A program made the translations under genes and the position numbers. This document shows positions 7,129-15,944 of a stretch of DNA of 32,000 bases, one piece after another. Each line of letters opens with the position of its first letter. The stretch's first letter is position 1. Source of the DNA: Candidatus Harpocratesius repetitus (GTDB lineage Archaea; Asgardarchaeota; Lokiarchaeia; Sigyniarchaeales; Promethearchaeaceae); assembly GCA_021498095.1 (NCBI GenBank), contig JAIZWK010000001.1, positions 2,700,001 to 2,732,000 of the forward strand, written 5' to 3'. The notes beneath the pieces were generated by a model. That model had not been told where the DNA came from. It worked only from the letters and a program-made list of their open reading frames with translations, and searched no databases.

Positions 7129-9300
7129 TTATTGTAATGGCTTAATGATTTCAATTAATTCCGGTAAATCCATTCCAATCTTTTGTAAATGTTCAATTGT
7201 AGGAACTCCATTCTTATTCCAACCACGGCGTTCATAAACTGCATCCATCAATTTTTCATATTGTTCAAGTCGGTATTTTCTAACAATAGCAACTTTTTCC
7301 GCAATGGATTTTCCCGTCGGATCAATACCAATCAGTTCTTTCATTTGTTTATCGTATCTTTCTTCCCGGGATTTATATTCTTCTTCAGTAACAGGTCCTA
7401 CTGCACGATACGGAACTGCATCGTGTTCTCTAAGTCCTTTTCCTAAACGAATATTAAAAATACGTTGAAAATTATAGACACGCTCTGATTGCAAAATTAA
7501 TTTTTCAGGTGTTAATTTCTCACCTGTCACTCCCTCATATATCCAGCAATAATTCTCTACATGCTCAGGAACTTTTGCTGCCTCAGTAGGAGGATAATTC
7601 TTATTACTTGGGGGGGTTATATCGTTCCATGGTAATTTGCACAATCCAACTAAGCCAAACCATGTACGAAACATGGGAAAATAATGTAAAGCTTCAGCTT
7701 TATCCTCAAAACTTGGTATTTGGTTGTTTACTTGATCCATAAAAATCAACCATGCTTCATCATGCTGAGGACCCTTATTAGTAAAGCCGTATCCTCCTTG
7801 TTGAGCGAGAGATTCTTTACTTTGATATTCAGAATATTCCAATCCTTTCTGTTCCATACCAATATCATTTACGAAATTTGGATCAGCGCCATATTTTTCA
7901 ATAAATAATTTTTTCATTCTGAGAATCCCCTGACCAATTACAACACCAAAACCTTCGCCTCGAGCCATTTGATGCAAAATCTCTAAAACGGCAGCGCTGT
8001 TTCCGAATTTAAGTTCAATTCCACCTGTTATTTCAGAATTAAGTATACCATTTTCGTAACATTCCATCGCAAATGCAGTGCTGGTGGCAAATGAAATTAT
8101 ATCAATACCGTATGTATCACAGTAGAAATTAGCTTCTAAAATAAACTGAGGATCAAAACAGCCTAAGTTTGCACCTAATCCTGCAGCATTTTCATATTCT
8201 GGCCCATCAACAGTAACCTTTTGACCCGCATAAGGCCCAGTCTTTAATTCAAATTTATCTGCAGCTTTAGAACAAGCCATTGAACACCCGTACCAGCATC
8301 CATCAGGCAAACCTTGAGTTAAGTAATTGTCACGAAACACATTGGAATATATCTTTTTTGCATCTGGATGGCCTCCAAATTTAAAGTTGTGAGTGGGGAG
8401 CAAATCATATTCATCCATAATTTCAATAATATTTGCAGTTCCAACTTGGCGCATTCGATTTTGTTTATCGTCATATTGTTGAATTTCACGATGCAATCGT
8501 AATCCTGCCTTGTTAATTAATGCTTTATTAACAGGATTGTTAAGATTTCCTTTAGTGGCTTTATTTTTGATTACAATTGCTTTAATCTTTTTATCTCGAA
8601 ACACACGGCCAATTCCACCCCGTCCCGCTTGTTTTACTCGAACTACTTTTCGACGAGGATCGTAAAATGAAAAGTTCAGCATTCCCATTCGAACAAATTC
8701 TGCGGCTTTTCCAGATGAAACGACAGAAATATTTCTTTTATCATATTCATCATCAGCGTACATTTCGGTTAGCTGTTCCGCCAATACATGACTATCAATT
8801 GCTTCTAAAGGAGCTTCTTCAATTTTTATTGAACCTGATGTTCCATCAATGAAAATTATTATGTCATTTTTTGCTTTTCCTTGAATTTCAAGTGCATCCC
8901 AGCCAGCAAATTTTAGAAAAGGTCCAAAATATCCTCCTACATTACTATCAATAACAATATCTGTTAATGGTGAAATCGATACAAGTAAAGATTTACCCGC
9001 CCCAGGATATTGAGTAATACCACAAATTGGTCCAGTACCGATGACAATCTCGTTTTCAGGATCATGCCATTTTGTTGTATTTTTAACTGCTTTCCAGAGC
9101 AAATATAAACCAAATCCTTTTCCTCCAATGAATTTTTCTTTCATTTCTGGAGTAACATCTTTTGATTCAATAACATTATTAGAAATGTTAATGTAAAGTG
9201 TTCGATTGCAATACCCTTTTTCAATGGGTCGTAATTCATAATTCCACTCTTTTAACAAAGTTCGGGCTTCTTTTAGTTTTTTAATACTTTCATTCTCCAT
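7129..9300 (-). CDS. aor: Tungsten-containing aldehyde:ferredoxin oxidoreductase family enzyme
   Basis: FIGGKGFGL, DSNVGGYFGPFLKFAGWDALEIQGK, QAGRGGIGRVF, CWYGCSMAC, DGPEYE, CDTYGIDIIS, MEQKGLEYSEY, GPQHDEA, VGLCKLPW, YERRGWNKNGVP. The start is probably MENESIKK at 9300. Confidence 0.93.
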   Translation of the reverse strand: MENESIKKLKEARTLLKEWNYELRPIEKGYCNRTLYINISNNVIESKDVTPEMKEKFIGGKGFGLYLLWKAVKNTTKWHDPENEIVIGTGPICGITQYPGAGKSLLVSISPLTDIVIDSNVGGYFGPFLKFAGWDALEIQGKAKNDIIIFIDGTSGSIKIEEAPLEAIDSHVLAEQLTEMYADDEYDKRNISVVSSGKAAEFVRMGMLNFSFYDPRRKVVRVKQAGRGGIGRVFRDKKIKAIVIKNKATKGNLNNPVNKALINKAGLRLHREIQQYDDKQNRMRQVGTANIIEIMDEYDLLPTHNFKFGGHPDAKKIYSNVFRDNYLTQGLPDGCWYGCSMACSKAADKFELKTGPYAGQKVTVDGPEYENAAGLGANLGCFDPQFILEANFYCDTYGIDIISFATSTAFAMECYENGILNSEITGGIELKFGNSAAVLEILHQMARGEGFGVVIGQGILRMKKLFIEKYGADPNFVNDIGMEQKGLEYSEYQSKESLAQQGGYGFTNKGPQHDEAWLIFMDQVNNQIPSFEDKAEALHYFPMFRTWFGLVGLCKLPWNDITPPSNKNYPPTEAAKVPEHVENYCWIYEGVTGEKLTPEKLILQSERVYNFQRIFNIRLGKGLREHDAVPYRAVGPVTEEEYKSREERYDKQMKELIGIDPTGKSIAEKVAIVRKYRLEQYEKLMDAVYERRGWNKNGVPTIEHLQKIGMDLPELIEIIKPLQ

Positions 9301-9341
9301 ATTTTTACACCTTTGTTTAATCAATTATTAATTTTTGCCAA

Positions 9342-9746
9342 TTAAGCTTCATCAGGAATTTTCTTAATATATAATGCCTCTGTTGGGCAATTCTTCACAC
9401 AGACACCGCAAGCTACACATTTAAACGGCTCTTGTAAGTCATCATGAAAAAATAAGGCATTTTCAGGACAAACTGAAACACAAATGAAGCAACCTACACA
9501 CATCTTTTTGTTAATTCGGACTACTCCATTTTTGGCTCGAGTTATAGCTTGAGCAGGACATACATCAATACAAGCACCACATTGAGTACAGGTTATAATT
9601 TGATGCGGATCTGAATCATTATTTGCTTCAATGATACGTAATGCTGCTTTCAAAGGATTTTCTTCCTTGAAATAAAGATTACTGCATGCTTCTTCACAAG
9701 AATGGCACGCTACACAATTTTCTTCAATCTTAGCTAATAATCTCAT
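9342..9746 (-). CDS. 4Fe-4S dicluster (polyferredoxin) small subunit associated with AOR
   Basis: Four Cys clusters: CVACHSCEEAC, CTQCGACIDVCP, CVGCFICVSVCP, CVACGVCVKNCP. It lies 41 bp upstream of aor on the same strand. The start is probably MRLLAK at 9746. Confidence 0.9.
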   Translation of the reverse strand: MRLLAKIEENCVACHSCEEACSNLYFKEENPLKAALRIIEANNDSDPHQIITCTQCGACIDVCPAQAITRAKNGVVRINKKMCVGCFICVSVCPENALFFHDDLQEPFKCVACGVCVKNCPTEALYIKKIPDEA

Positions 9747-10033
9747 CTTGGGAAAACCTCCACAAATGTTTGAGGTAATATGCTCTTCTTCAAAAAGATT
9801 TTTGTCACGCATTAGAAATATAGATATAATCTGTTTTTTATAATAAATTCAAATAATTGATTTGATCTTAACCATTATGATCATATTTATTTTTTTTTTC
9901 ATTACCATTTTTTATAATGTTTATACAATTGATCATTTTCCAAAATTTCTAATATTAGTGCGCTTTTTACTAAATCAGCTTAAAATAGACGGCTGTATTA
10001 ATAGCTAAATAACTGCAAATATGAGGATGTTTA

Positions 10034-11302
10034 ATGGAAAATTCAAATAATAATGATCTTCCTATCCAAGAAAATTCTAATGATGGGGAGAAAAAAAGAA
10101 GTAGGTTTAGTAAAAAAGAAGAAAAAAGCAATGAACCTCCAAAAGATCCAACCAATCTTAATTTTCAAGATATATTAGAAAAAGAACTAGGAATCATCAA
10201 AGTTTATGATTACGCCATCAATAATGCATTAGATTTAATTTTTCAACCAAAATTGATTGAAAAATATGAGCAGGAACTAATTATTCCATTAATTGGTGGA
10301 GAAACCGAACCTGAAACTGCTGACGGAGGAAGATTGTTTCTTCGAGAAGAATTTGAACGGATTAAAGTTGGAGAAAAAGTAAAAACAATTATAAATTCTG
10401 CAGAAGAAATTGCTAAAAAGCATGGAGTGAAGACCCATGTAAATAAACAAATTGGAACATTTAGTATTATTCTAATGGTTATCTCCATGGCTTCATATTT
10501 TATAATAGGAACAATTTTTGGGCAAGAAAATAGTACAACATGGTCGATTCCTATTTTTCTTTTAATGTGTTTTGGGCCTCAATTTTTACGTTCTTGGTTA
10601 ACTAAACGATTTGAAAAATTCAAAGAAGCACATAATTCCGAGGTTTTTGAACTTCAGAGCGAAAATATACAAGATGTTCGTGTTTTCATTCAAGATATTA
10701 TTGATGATGTAAGAGATCGTTTAATTTCAAACAATGTTGCTTTAGAGAAAATTCAATTTGTTTTATTTTCTGATGGATATACAAATGTGAGTTTTGTCAG
10801 AAATCAAGGAGGAACTAGAGGATCACCTCTTAGAGCTGTATATCAATTCGAATATCCAGAAGGAATGAGCCCAAGCACTTCACATCAATATGGCATTAGT
10901 GGAATTCCAGAAGATGATGAAAATGATCTTTTTATTTTTCTTAAAAATGCTAAATTTGATGAAGAAGGACGATTATATGAATTTAATCAAGAAATTCCAG
11001 TAAAAAGTGATTATAAATTACCAGAAGCTCTATTAAACGCTTCAGAATTTTCTACAATTGATAATCCTGATTTAGTTATACCTGAATTTAGCACATTTAA
11101 CAAAATTAAATGTGAGTGTAATCATTCAATCCAATTGAAATCTATGAAATCAAGTCAATCCACCTTACATGACAATTTTGAGTTCTACTTATTAATTGGT
11201 AAAAATTGTCCAAAATGTGGAAAAAATCCTTACATTCTTTTAAATTCTCCAGGAAATGAATCAATTCCCAGTGGATTGAAACGTATTTTTGGTGAAAATT
11301 AA
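10034..11302 (+). CDS. Hypothetical membrane protein with two TM helices and a C-terminal Zn-ribbon-like motif
   Basis: Hydrophobic segments IGTFSIILMVISMASYFIIGTIF and WSIPIFLLMCFGPQFL. CECNH...CPKCG near the C-terminus. Confidence 0.7.
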   Translation: MENSNNNDLPIQENSNDGEKKRSRFSKKEEKSNEPPKDPTNLNFQDILEKELGIIKVYDYAINNALDLIFQPKLIEKYEQELIIPLIGGETEPETADGGRLFLREEFERIKVGEKVKTIINSAEEIAKKHGVKTHVNKQIGTFSIILMVISMASYFIIGTIFGQENSTTWSIPIFLLMCFGPQFLRSWLTKRFEKFKEAHNSEVFELQSENIQDVRVFIQDIIDDVRDRLISNNVALEKIQFVLFSDGYTNVSFVRNQGGTRGSPLRAVYQFEYPEGMSPSTSHQYGISGIPEDDENDLFIFLKNAKFDEEGRLYEFNQEIPVKSDYKLPEALLNASEFSTIDNPDLVIPEFSTFNKIKCECNHSIQLKSMKSSQSTLHDNFEFYLLIGKNCPKCGKNPYILLNSPGNESIPSGLKRIFGEN

Positions 11303-11330
11303 AAAAATGATTAACATACGTTAAAGTAAT

Positions 11331-11354
11331 TGATTTTGATTTTGATTTTGATTT
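11331..11354. repeat. (TGATTT)x4 microsatellite in a convergent intergenic T-rich region
   Basis: TGATTTTGATTTTGATTTTGATTT read directly from the sequence. Confidence 0.8.
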
Positions 11355-11381
11355 TTCTTCTTTAATCTTCTTTAATTTTTT

Positions 11382-12767
11382 CTAATTTTTTGAATTTCTC
11401 AATTTATGGTATTTTAGCATTATTTTTAATGCTCGAACACCGCGTTCCACTTCATTTACAAATACGGGAATATGTAACTCATTGCCAATCTGTACAATTC
11501 GTTGAGCTCCTTCTTCTTCCGCTTGAATCAATATTGTAATTATGGGTTTATCTGGATAAAGACGCTTAATTGTTTTAAAAATACCAAAATCAAATTCAAT
11601 TTCGGTAAAAAATTCTAATGCTAAAAATAACGATCCTACATTAGGATCTTTTAATAAAGATTTACTAGCATCAAAATAAACTTGACAAACTTGAGTTCCA
11701 ATGAATTCTTTTGGAGGCCAATAATCTACAGGGTTTCCAAGTTCACAAGTCGATCCTCCAATATTTTTTAAAATGTATTTTCTATTTTCGTCATGAAGTG
11801 ATGCTAAATGAATCCCTTGAAGTCGCATCTCAGCTATTAGAAGATTTATCGCGCCAGATGATGGTCCAATGATACCCACTTGATCATTTTGAGGCGTTGG
11901 GCACCATAAAAAGAGTTTTGCAAATTCAAATAATTCAATGTAATTTTCAACTGAAATTGCTCCCGCCTCTTGTATTTCATTAAAATTTGCTTGGTTTTTT
12001 CCGACATACTTAATTAAAACTGGCTTTTTCCCTCGATAGGCATGCATTACATCAATAAATTCATGAGTAATTTTTTTCATATACAAAGTTATAACTTGAG
12101 TTTGAGAATCATTAAATAAAAATTCAAGCATTTGAGCTTCAGTAATTTGGAGTTGTTTTCCGATATGAAAAACCTTAGAAAATGGAACAGGTTGTGGTAA
12201 ATTCCACCATCCACATGCCCCTGATAATCCACCACTTTGTGCTAAAAAACTTACTCCCGATTTCCATCCTTGTTTTCGGCTGATCTGAATAATATGTGAA
12301 CGAATTGGGATAATTGATGATGTAAAACCCGACAAAAAATCAATGATTCCAATCATCGAAGGTCCTAACATCTTTATATGATATTTATCAAGAATAGCTT
12401 TAATTTTCTGAGACAATTTCAGATATTCTTCTTTTGTTGTTATATATGCTAAATCAGTTTGGAGTAAAATATAATGAATTTCGGCTTTACCTAAAGTTTC
12501 TAATATTTCAAGCAAATTATGCCTTGTTAAAATAATCGCCAAATCTGGACGAGGTTTAATTGTTCCAATCTCATCAATACTATTTATGGTTGGAATTCCC
12601 ATTAACGATTTTGTATAAGGATGAACAATTGAAATATGAGCATGATAGCGCGCTTCTAATAAATTTTTAAGCACAATACCATTAGCCGTATATTCATTTC
12701 GAGAAGATCCGATGATTAAAATTGAGTGAGGCGCAAAAAATAGAGAAAGATCTTGATAAATACCCAT
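11382..12767 (-). CDS. NDP-forming acyl-CoA synthetase (ACD) alpha-subunit-like CoA-binding protein, lacking the phospho-His segment
   Basis: LFFAPHSILIIGSS (CoA-binding), MLGPSMIGI, SFLAQSGGL, FSKVFHIGKQ and GNPVD are present. The SHTGxLAG motif is absent. Confidence 0.85.
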   Translation of the reverse strand: MGIYQDLSLFFAPHSILIIGSSRNEYTANGIVLKNLLEARYHAHISIVHPYTKSLMGIPTINSIDEIGTIKPRPDLAIILTRHNLLEILETLGKAEIHYILLQTDLAYITTKEEYLKLSQKIKAILDKYHIKMLGPSMIGIIDFLSGFTSSIIPIRSHIIQISRKQGWKSGVSFLAQSGGLSGACGWWNLPQPVPFSKVFHIGKQLQITEAQMLEFLFNDSQTQVITLYMKKITHEFIDVMHAYRGKKPVLIKYVGKNQANFNEIQEAGAISVENYIELFEFAKLFLWCPTPQNDQVGIIGPSSGAINLLIAEMRLQGIHLASLHDENRKYILKNIGGSTCELGNPVDYWPPKEFIGTQVCQVYFDASKSLLKDPNVGSLFLALEFFTEIEFDFGIFKTIKRLYPDKPIITILIQAEEEGAQRIVQIGNELHIPVFVNEVERGVRALKIMLKYHKLRNSKN

Positions 12768-12880
12768 AAAGAAACTAGGATTGAGATAATCTTAAGTTTT
12801 GCTTTCTTGAAAATGAAGAAATTCAGACTTATGGAAATAAAATCACATAAATTAGAAACCCCCATTTTTTAAAAATTAAT

Positions 12881-12967
12881 GGTGAAGTAGCTCACCTAAA
12901 GGTAATAAAATTACCAGCTGCAGGTCAAAGACCATAACTATCCCTTAATAGGGATAGTTTATTTCCT
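12881..12967. ncRNA. Candidate structured RNA: four consecutive hairpins followed by a T-tract
   Basis: GGTGA/TCACC (12881-12896), GGTAAT/ATTACC (12901-12915), GGTC/GACC (12923-12933), and a 10-bp perfect stem AACTATCCCT/AGGGATAGTT (12936-12959), then TATTTCCT. It forms a locally GC-richer island in an AT-rich spacer. Confidence 0.4.
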
Positions 12968-13208
12968 AATTAATTAATCATTTTATATATTAATATAAAA
13001 ATTAAACCAAAGAGAAATATTTTTGTCGAGAGTCTTCATGTATATTCTTTATTAATAAAGGATTTTTTCATTTTATATCCATCTTGATATTTTTTCATCA
13101 ATTCTTTTCATTAATCTTCTTCATTAGCTTTTCCCCGCTTTAATTCCAAAAAAATTTTATTTCATGATGAATTTATCTTCATAATAAATACTTCAATATG
13201 TGAATAAC

Positions 13209-13796
13209 ATGGCTAAACGAAGATGGAAATGCTTCTCAGTTTTCAAGGTAAAAGGTTACCAAAAAAAACGAAGTCGGTCTCACCGACGTGAATTCGTTCG
13301 TGGGGGAGCAGATTCTAAAATTACTCGATTTGATATCGGCAATCGCAAACAAATTGATTGGGACGTCAAAATTGGGATGATCTCCGATCATAATATTAAT
13401 ATCAGTCATTTTGCACTCGAAGCTGTTCGAACTTCAATAAATCGTCGTCTTATTAAAAAAATTGGGCGAGCAAACTTTCACCTGAAGATTCGCAAGCATC
13501 CTCACACTACATATCGCGAGCACGCGATGATGTCCTTCGCTGGAGCGGATAGGCTTTCATCTGGAATGCGTAACGGTTTCGGTCGACCGGTTGGAAAGTG
13601 TGCGCGCACTCGAGCAGGCGATATAATTATGGAATGCGGTTGTGCGATGAAGCACGTAGAACAAGTAAAGCGTGCTTTTCAGATTGCTGATAAGAAACTT
13701 TGTACAACCACAAAAATTGTGATTTTAGACACAAAAGATGAAGATATGATTGCTCGAATTCCATTACCACATATCAGCAAGTTTGTGACCGTTTAA
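13209..13796 (+). CDS. rpl10e: 50S ribosomal protein uL16 (L10e)
   Basis: REFVRGGADSKITRFDIG, ALEAVRTSINRRL, FHLKIRKHPH, AGADRLSSGMRNGFGRPVG. The start is ATG at 13209 (MAKRRWKC). Confidence 0.95.
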   Translation: MAKRRWKCFSVFKVKGYQKKRSRSHRREFVRGGADSKITRFDIGNRKQIDWDVKIGMISDHNINISHFALEAVRTSINRRLIKKIGRANFHLKIRKHPHTTYREHAMMSFAGADRLSSGMRNGFGRPVGKCARTRAGDIIMECGCAMKHVEQVKRAFQIADKKLCTTTKIVILDTKDEDMIARIPLPHISKFVTV

Positions 13797-13985
13797 ACAA
13801 GCAAACAAATTAATAAGTGAATGAATCGTAAAAAGCAAGATGCTTTTAATATTAACGCTTTTTTTTATTTTATTTTAAAATATTAATATTCTTTTAGATC
13901 TATACCAAAGAAGAATAGAAAGAAGCAATTTATTGTTATATTCTTAAAAAAAGATGTATAATTAGTAAAATAAGAAAAAAATCAG

Positions 13986-14900
13986 TTAACTTTCTAAAAC
14001 GAACTCTTCAGATTCAATTTGTTTGTTTTCGCATTCAAATAAATGATCTTTTGTATGATGTATAAGGTATAAAGAGCCACCAGCAACTATACCCCAAATA
14101 AAAAGCCAAATAACATGTCTAAGTAGTTCATTAGTTAGCATTTCAATTCCTTCAAAGAATAATCCTGCAGTTATATTAATTGCGGCATGTGCTAAAGTTG
14201 GCATCCAAATGCTTTTCGATTTTAAATATAGAAAACCTTCAAACAAGCCCATAAAAATAGTTGAAAGAGGCATAAGAACAAATGCGCCTAATATTGGATT
14301 ATCTGGGAAATTATAACCCATAAGAATAATAGGTATGTGCCAAAATCCCCATATTAATCCTGTGAGAAGAAAGCCTTTATTTATTCCGAATTTATTCAGT
14401 AATTTTCCTTGTAAATAACCGCGCCATCCAAATTCTTCTCCAAAAGTATATATCATTCCGAATAATGCTCCAAATATAATCGTTATAATAATATTTAGCA
14501 CGAAATAACCAATTTTCTGTGGATGTATTCCTAACAATAGCCCGACTTCATTCCCAATTATAACTATTCCATCTTTAAATTGAAATAAATTTTCAGATAT
14601 GACGCCCCAATTAAAAATCACAATTATTCCAGAGGAAAGGAATACGACTAAAAGTGGTGTAAAAATTGCAATTATACTTAACCACCATTTACTTAAGCCC
14701 CAACCAACATTTTTAAAACCTTCTTTTGTAAGTATTCGAAATCCAACAGCTGTTAGCGCTGGAAACCACATCAATATCAAGGCAAAAGATCGAAAATTTT
14801 TTGATTCAATTCCACCAGTAAAAAATATAATTAATTGAAGCGCATAGCTAAGCGAAAATAACACAATAATATAGATTAAGTAGTTCTTTTTCAATTTCAT
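13986..14900 (-). CDS. CPBP/Abi (type II CAAX, Rce1-like) intramembrane metalloprotease
   Basis: FGEEFGWRGYL (EE..R motif), WGFWHIP and LAHAAIN, with multiple TM helices. Confidence 0.9.
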   Translation of the reverse strand: MKLKKNYLIYIIVLFSLSYALQLIIFFTGGIESKNFRSFALILMWFPALTAVGFRILTKEGFKNVGWGLSKWWLSIIAIFTPLLVVFLSSGIIVIFNWGVISENLFQFKDGIVIIGNEVGLLLGIHPQKIGYFVLNIIITIIFGALFGMIYTFGEEFGWRGYLQGKLLNKFGINKGFLLTGLIWGFWHIPIILMGYNFPDNPILGAFVLMPLSTIFMGLFEGFLYLKSKSIWMPTLAHAAINITAGLFFEGIEMLTNELLRHVIWLFIWGIVAGGSLYLIHHTKDHLFECENKQIESEEFVLES

Positions 14901-15128
14901 GTTAATGCACTTATAATAGAAGAATTATAACTAATATTGATATTATTGTTACTATTTTGCTTTTACATATAAGAAAATTGGCAACCAATGATTATCACAT
15001 ATTTTTTTAGGATGATTTCCAATGCAAAAATTACATTTTTTGCAATGATGAACGTTTTTTATCAAATCTAAAAAAGTATACAGAAAATAAATATGCAGAA
15101 AGTAAAAAAAACTTTGAAAATGGAAAAA

Positions 15129-15854
15129 TTACACATTTTGGAGGATGTAAGGAGCATATTGGACAAAAGGTTGGCGATTTTTAGAAGACCGTGTTTTAAT
15201 TGCTAATTGAGGACAAAGATTTATACATCCCATGCATCCGACGCATAAATTTTCATGAAAGATAGGAGTATTATTAGTAGATGGGGAAATAGCCTTAGAA
15301 GGGCAAATTTTAGTGAAACACAATTTACATTTTGAACATTTGTTTAGATCAACTTTTTTTTTCCCCACAAAAGCTTGCATCTGCCATCTATATGTTGAAA
15401 TTGTTCCAACAATAGACAATAAAAAGTATTTTTTAGGAGCTTGTTTACGTAAACTTTCTAATTTTTCAATGGATAAATTTCCTTGATCTTGGATTAATGT
15501 CGAATAAATAAGATCAATTCCTCCTGAATTTTTAAGGGATTTAAACATTGAATATGGACCATTACCAAAATTTCTACCGCTTGTAAGAAATGTAAAATAT
15601 GGAATGTTCGGCAGTCTTAACTTAGATAAAAAGGATGTAACTACTCGTGGTGCGCGCCAAACCCAAACTGGAGAACTGAATCCAATTAAGTCGTATTTTA
15701 ATAAATCAACCTTCAAATCTTTAACTAATCTTTTAAGTTCAACAGTGCAATTATGATTTCTCAAATATTCTCCCAGCTTAGAAGCAAAATAGGCTGTTGA
15801 ACCTGTTCCTGAAAAATAAATAATACAACTTTGAAAGATTTCATTTTTGCTCAA
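15129..15854 (-). CDS. EFR1-type flavodoxin-ferredoxin fusion
   Basis: IIYFSGTGSTAYFA (FMN loop), YDLIGFSSPVW, CSKCKLCFTKICP and CVGCMGCINLCP. Confidence 0.85.
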   Translation of the reverse strand: MSKNEIFQSCIIYFSGTGSTAYFASKLGEYLRNHNCTVELKRLVKDLKVDLLKYDLIGFSSPVWVWRAPRVVTSFLSKLRLPNIPYFTFLTSGRNFGNGPYSMFKSLKNSGGIDLIYSTLIQDQGNLSIEKLESLRKQAPKKYFLLSIVGTISTYRWQMQAFVGKKKVDLNKCSKCKLCFTKICPSKAISPSTNNTPIFHENLCVGCMGCINLCPQLAIKTRSSKNRQPFVQYAPYILQNV

Positions 15855-15944
15855 AAATTTTTAGTGAAGAGTAAAAAAGAATCTCATTAAAGCCTTTTGA
15901 AAAAAAAGCGGTAATTTTTAACAAGATAAATAGTTAATTATTCT

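Noticed and set aside
6966-7154. Hidden peptide in the element (EILSTFDRLK..KSCIIY..ICR vs EVIAEFKKLK..KSCIDY..ICR in C), which would be in frame across a hypothetical circle junction
   Set aside because: A-versus-C mismatches are spread evenly over codon positions in this frame (15/14/13 by hand). The frame is broken by stops in A and C, and an in-frame junction has a 1-in-3 chance. There is no coding signal.
7129-9746. Ferredoxin-AOR-ThiS cluster as a novel system
   Set aside because: This is a well-known arrangement for tungsten oxidoreductases. Only the element insertions are unusual.
12881-12967. tRNA or tRNA fragment
   Set aside because: There is no acceptor stem closing the hairpins, no TTC loop or 7-nt anticodon loop, and no CCA.
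13209-13796. Higher GC of rpl10e as a sign of horizontal transfer
   Set aside because: It is explained by Arg/Gly/Ala-rich composition and high-expression codon use in a core ribosomal gene.
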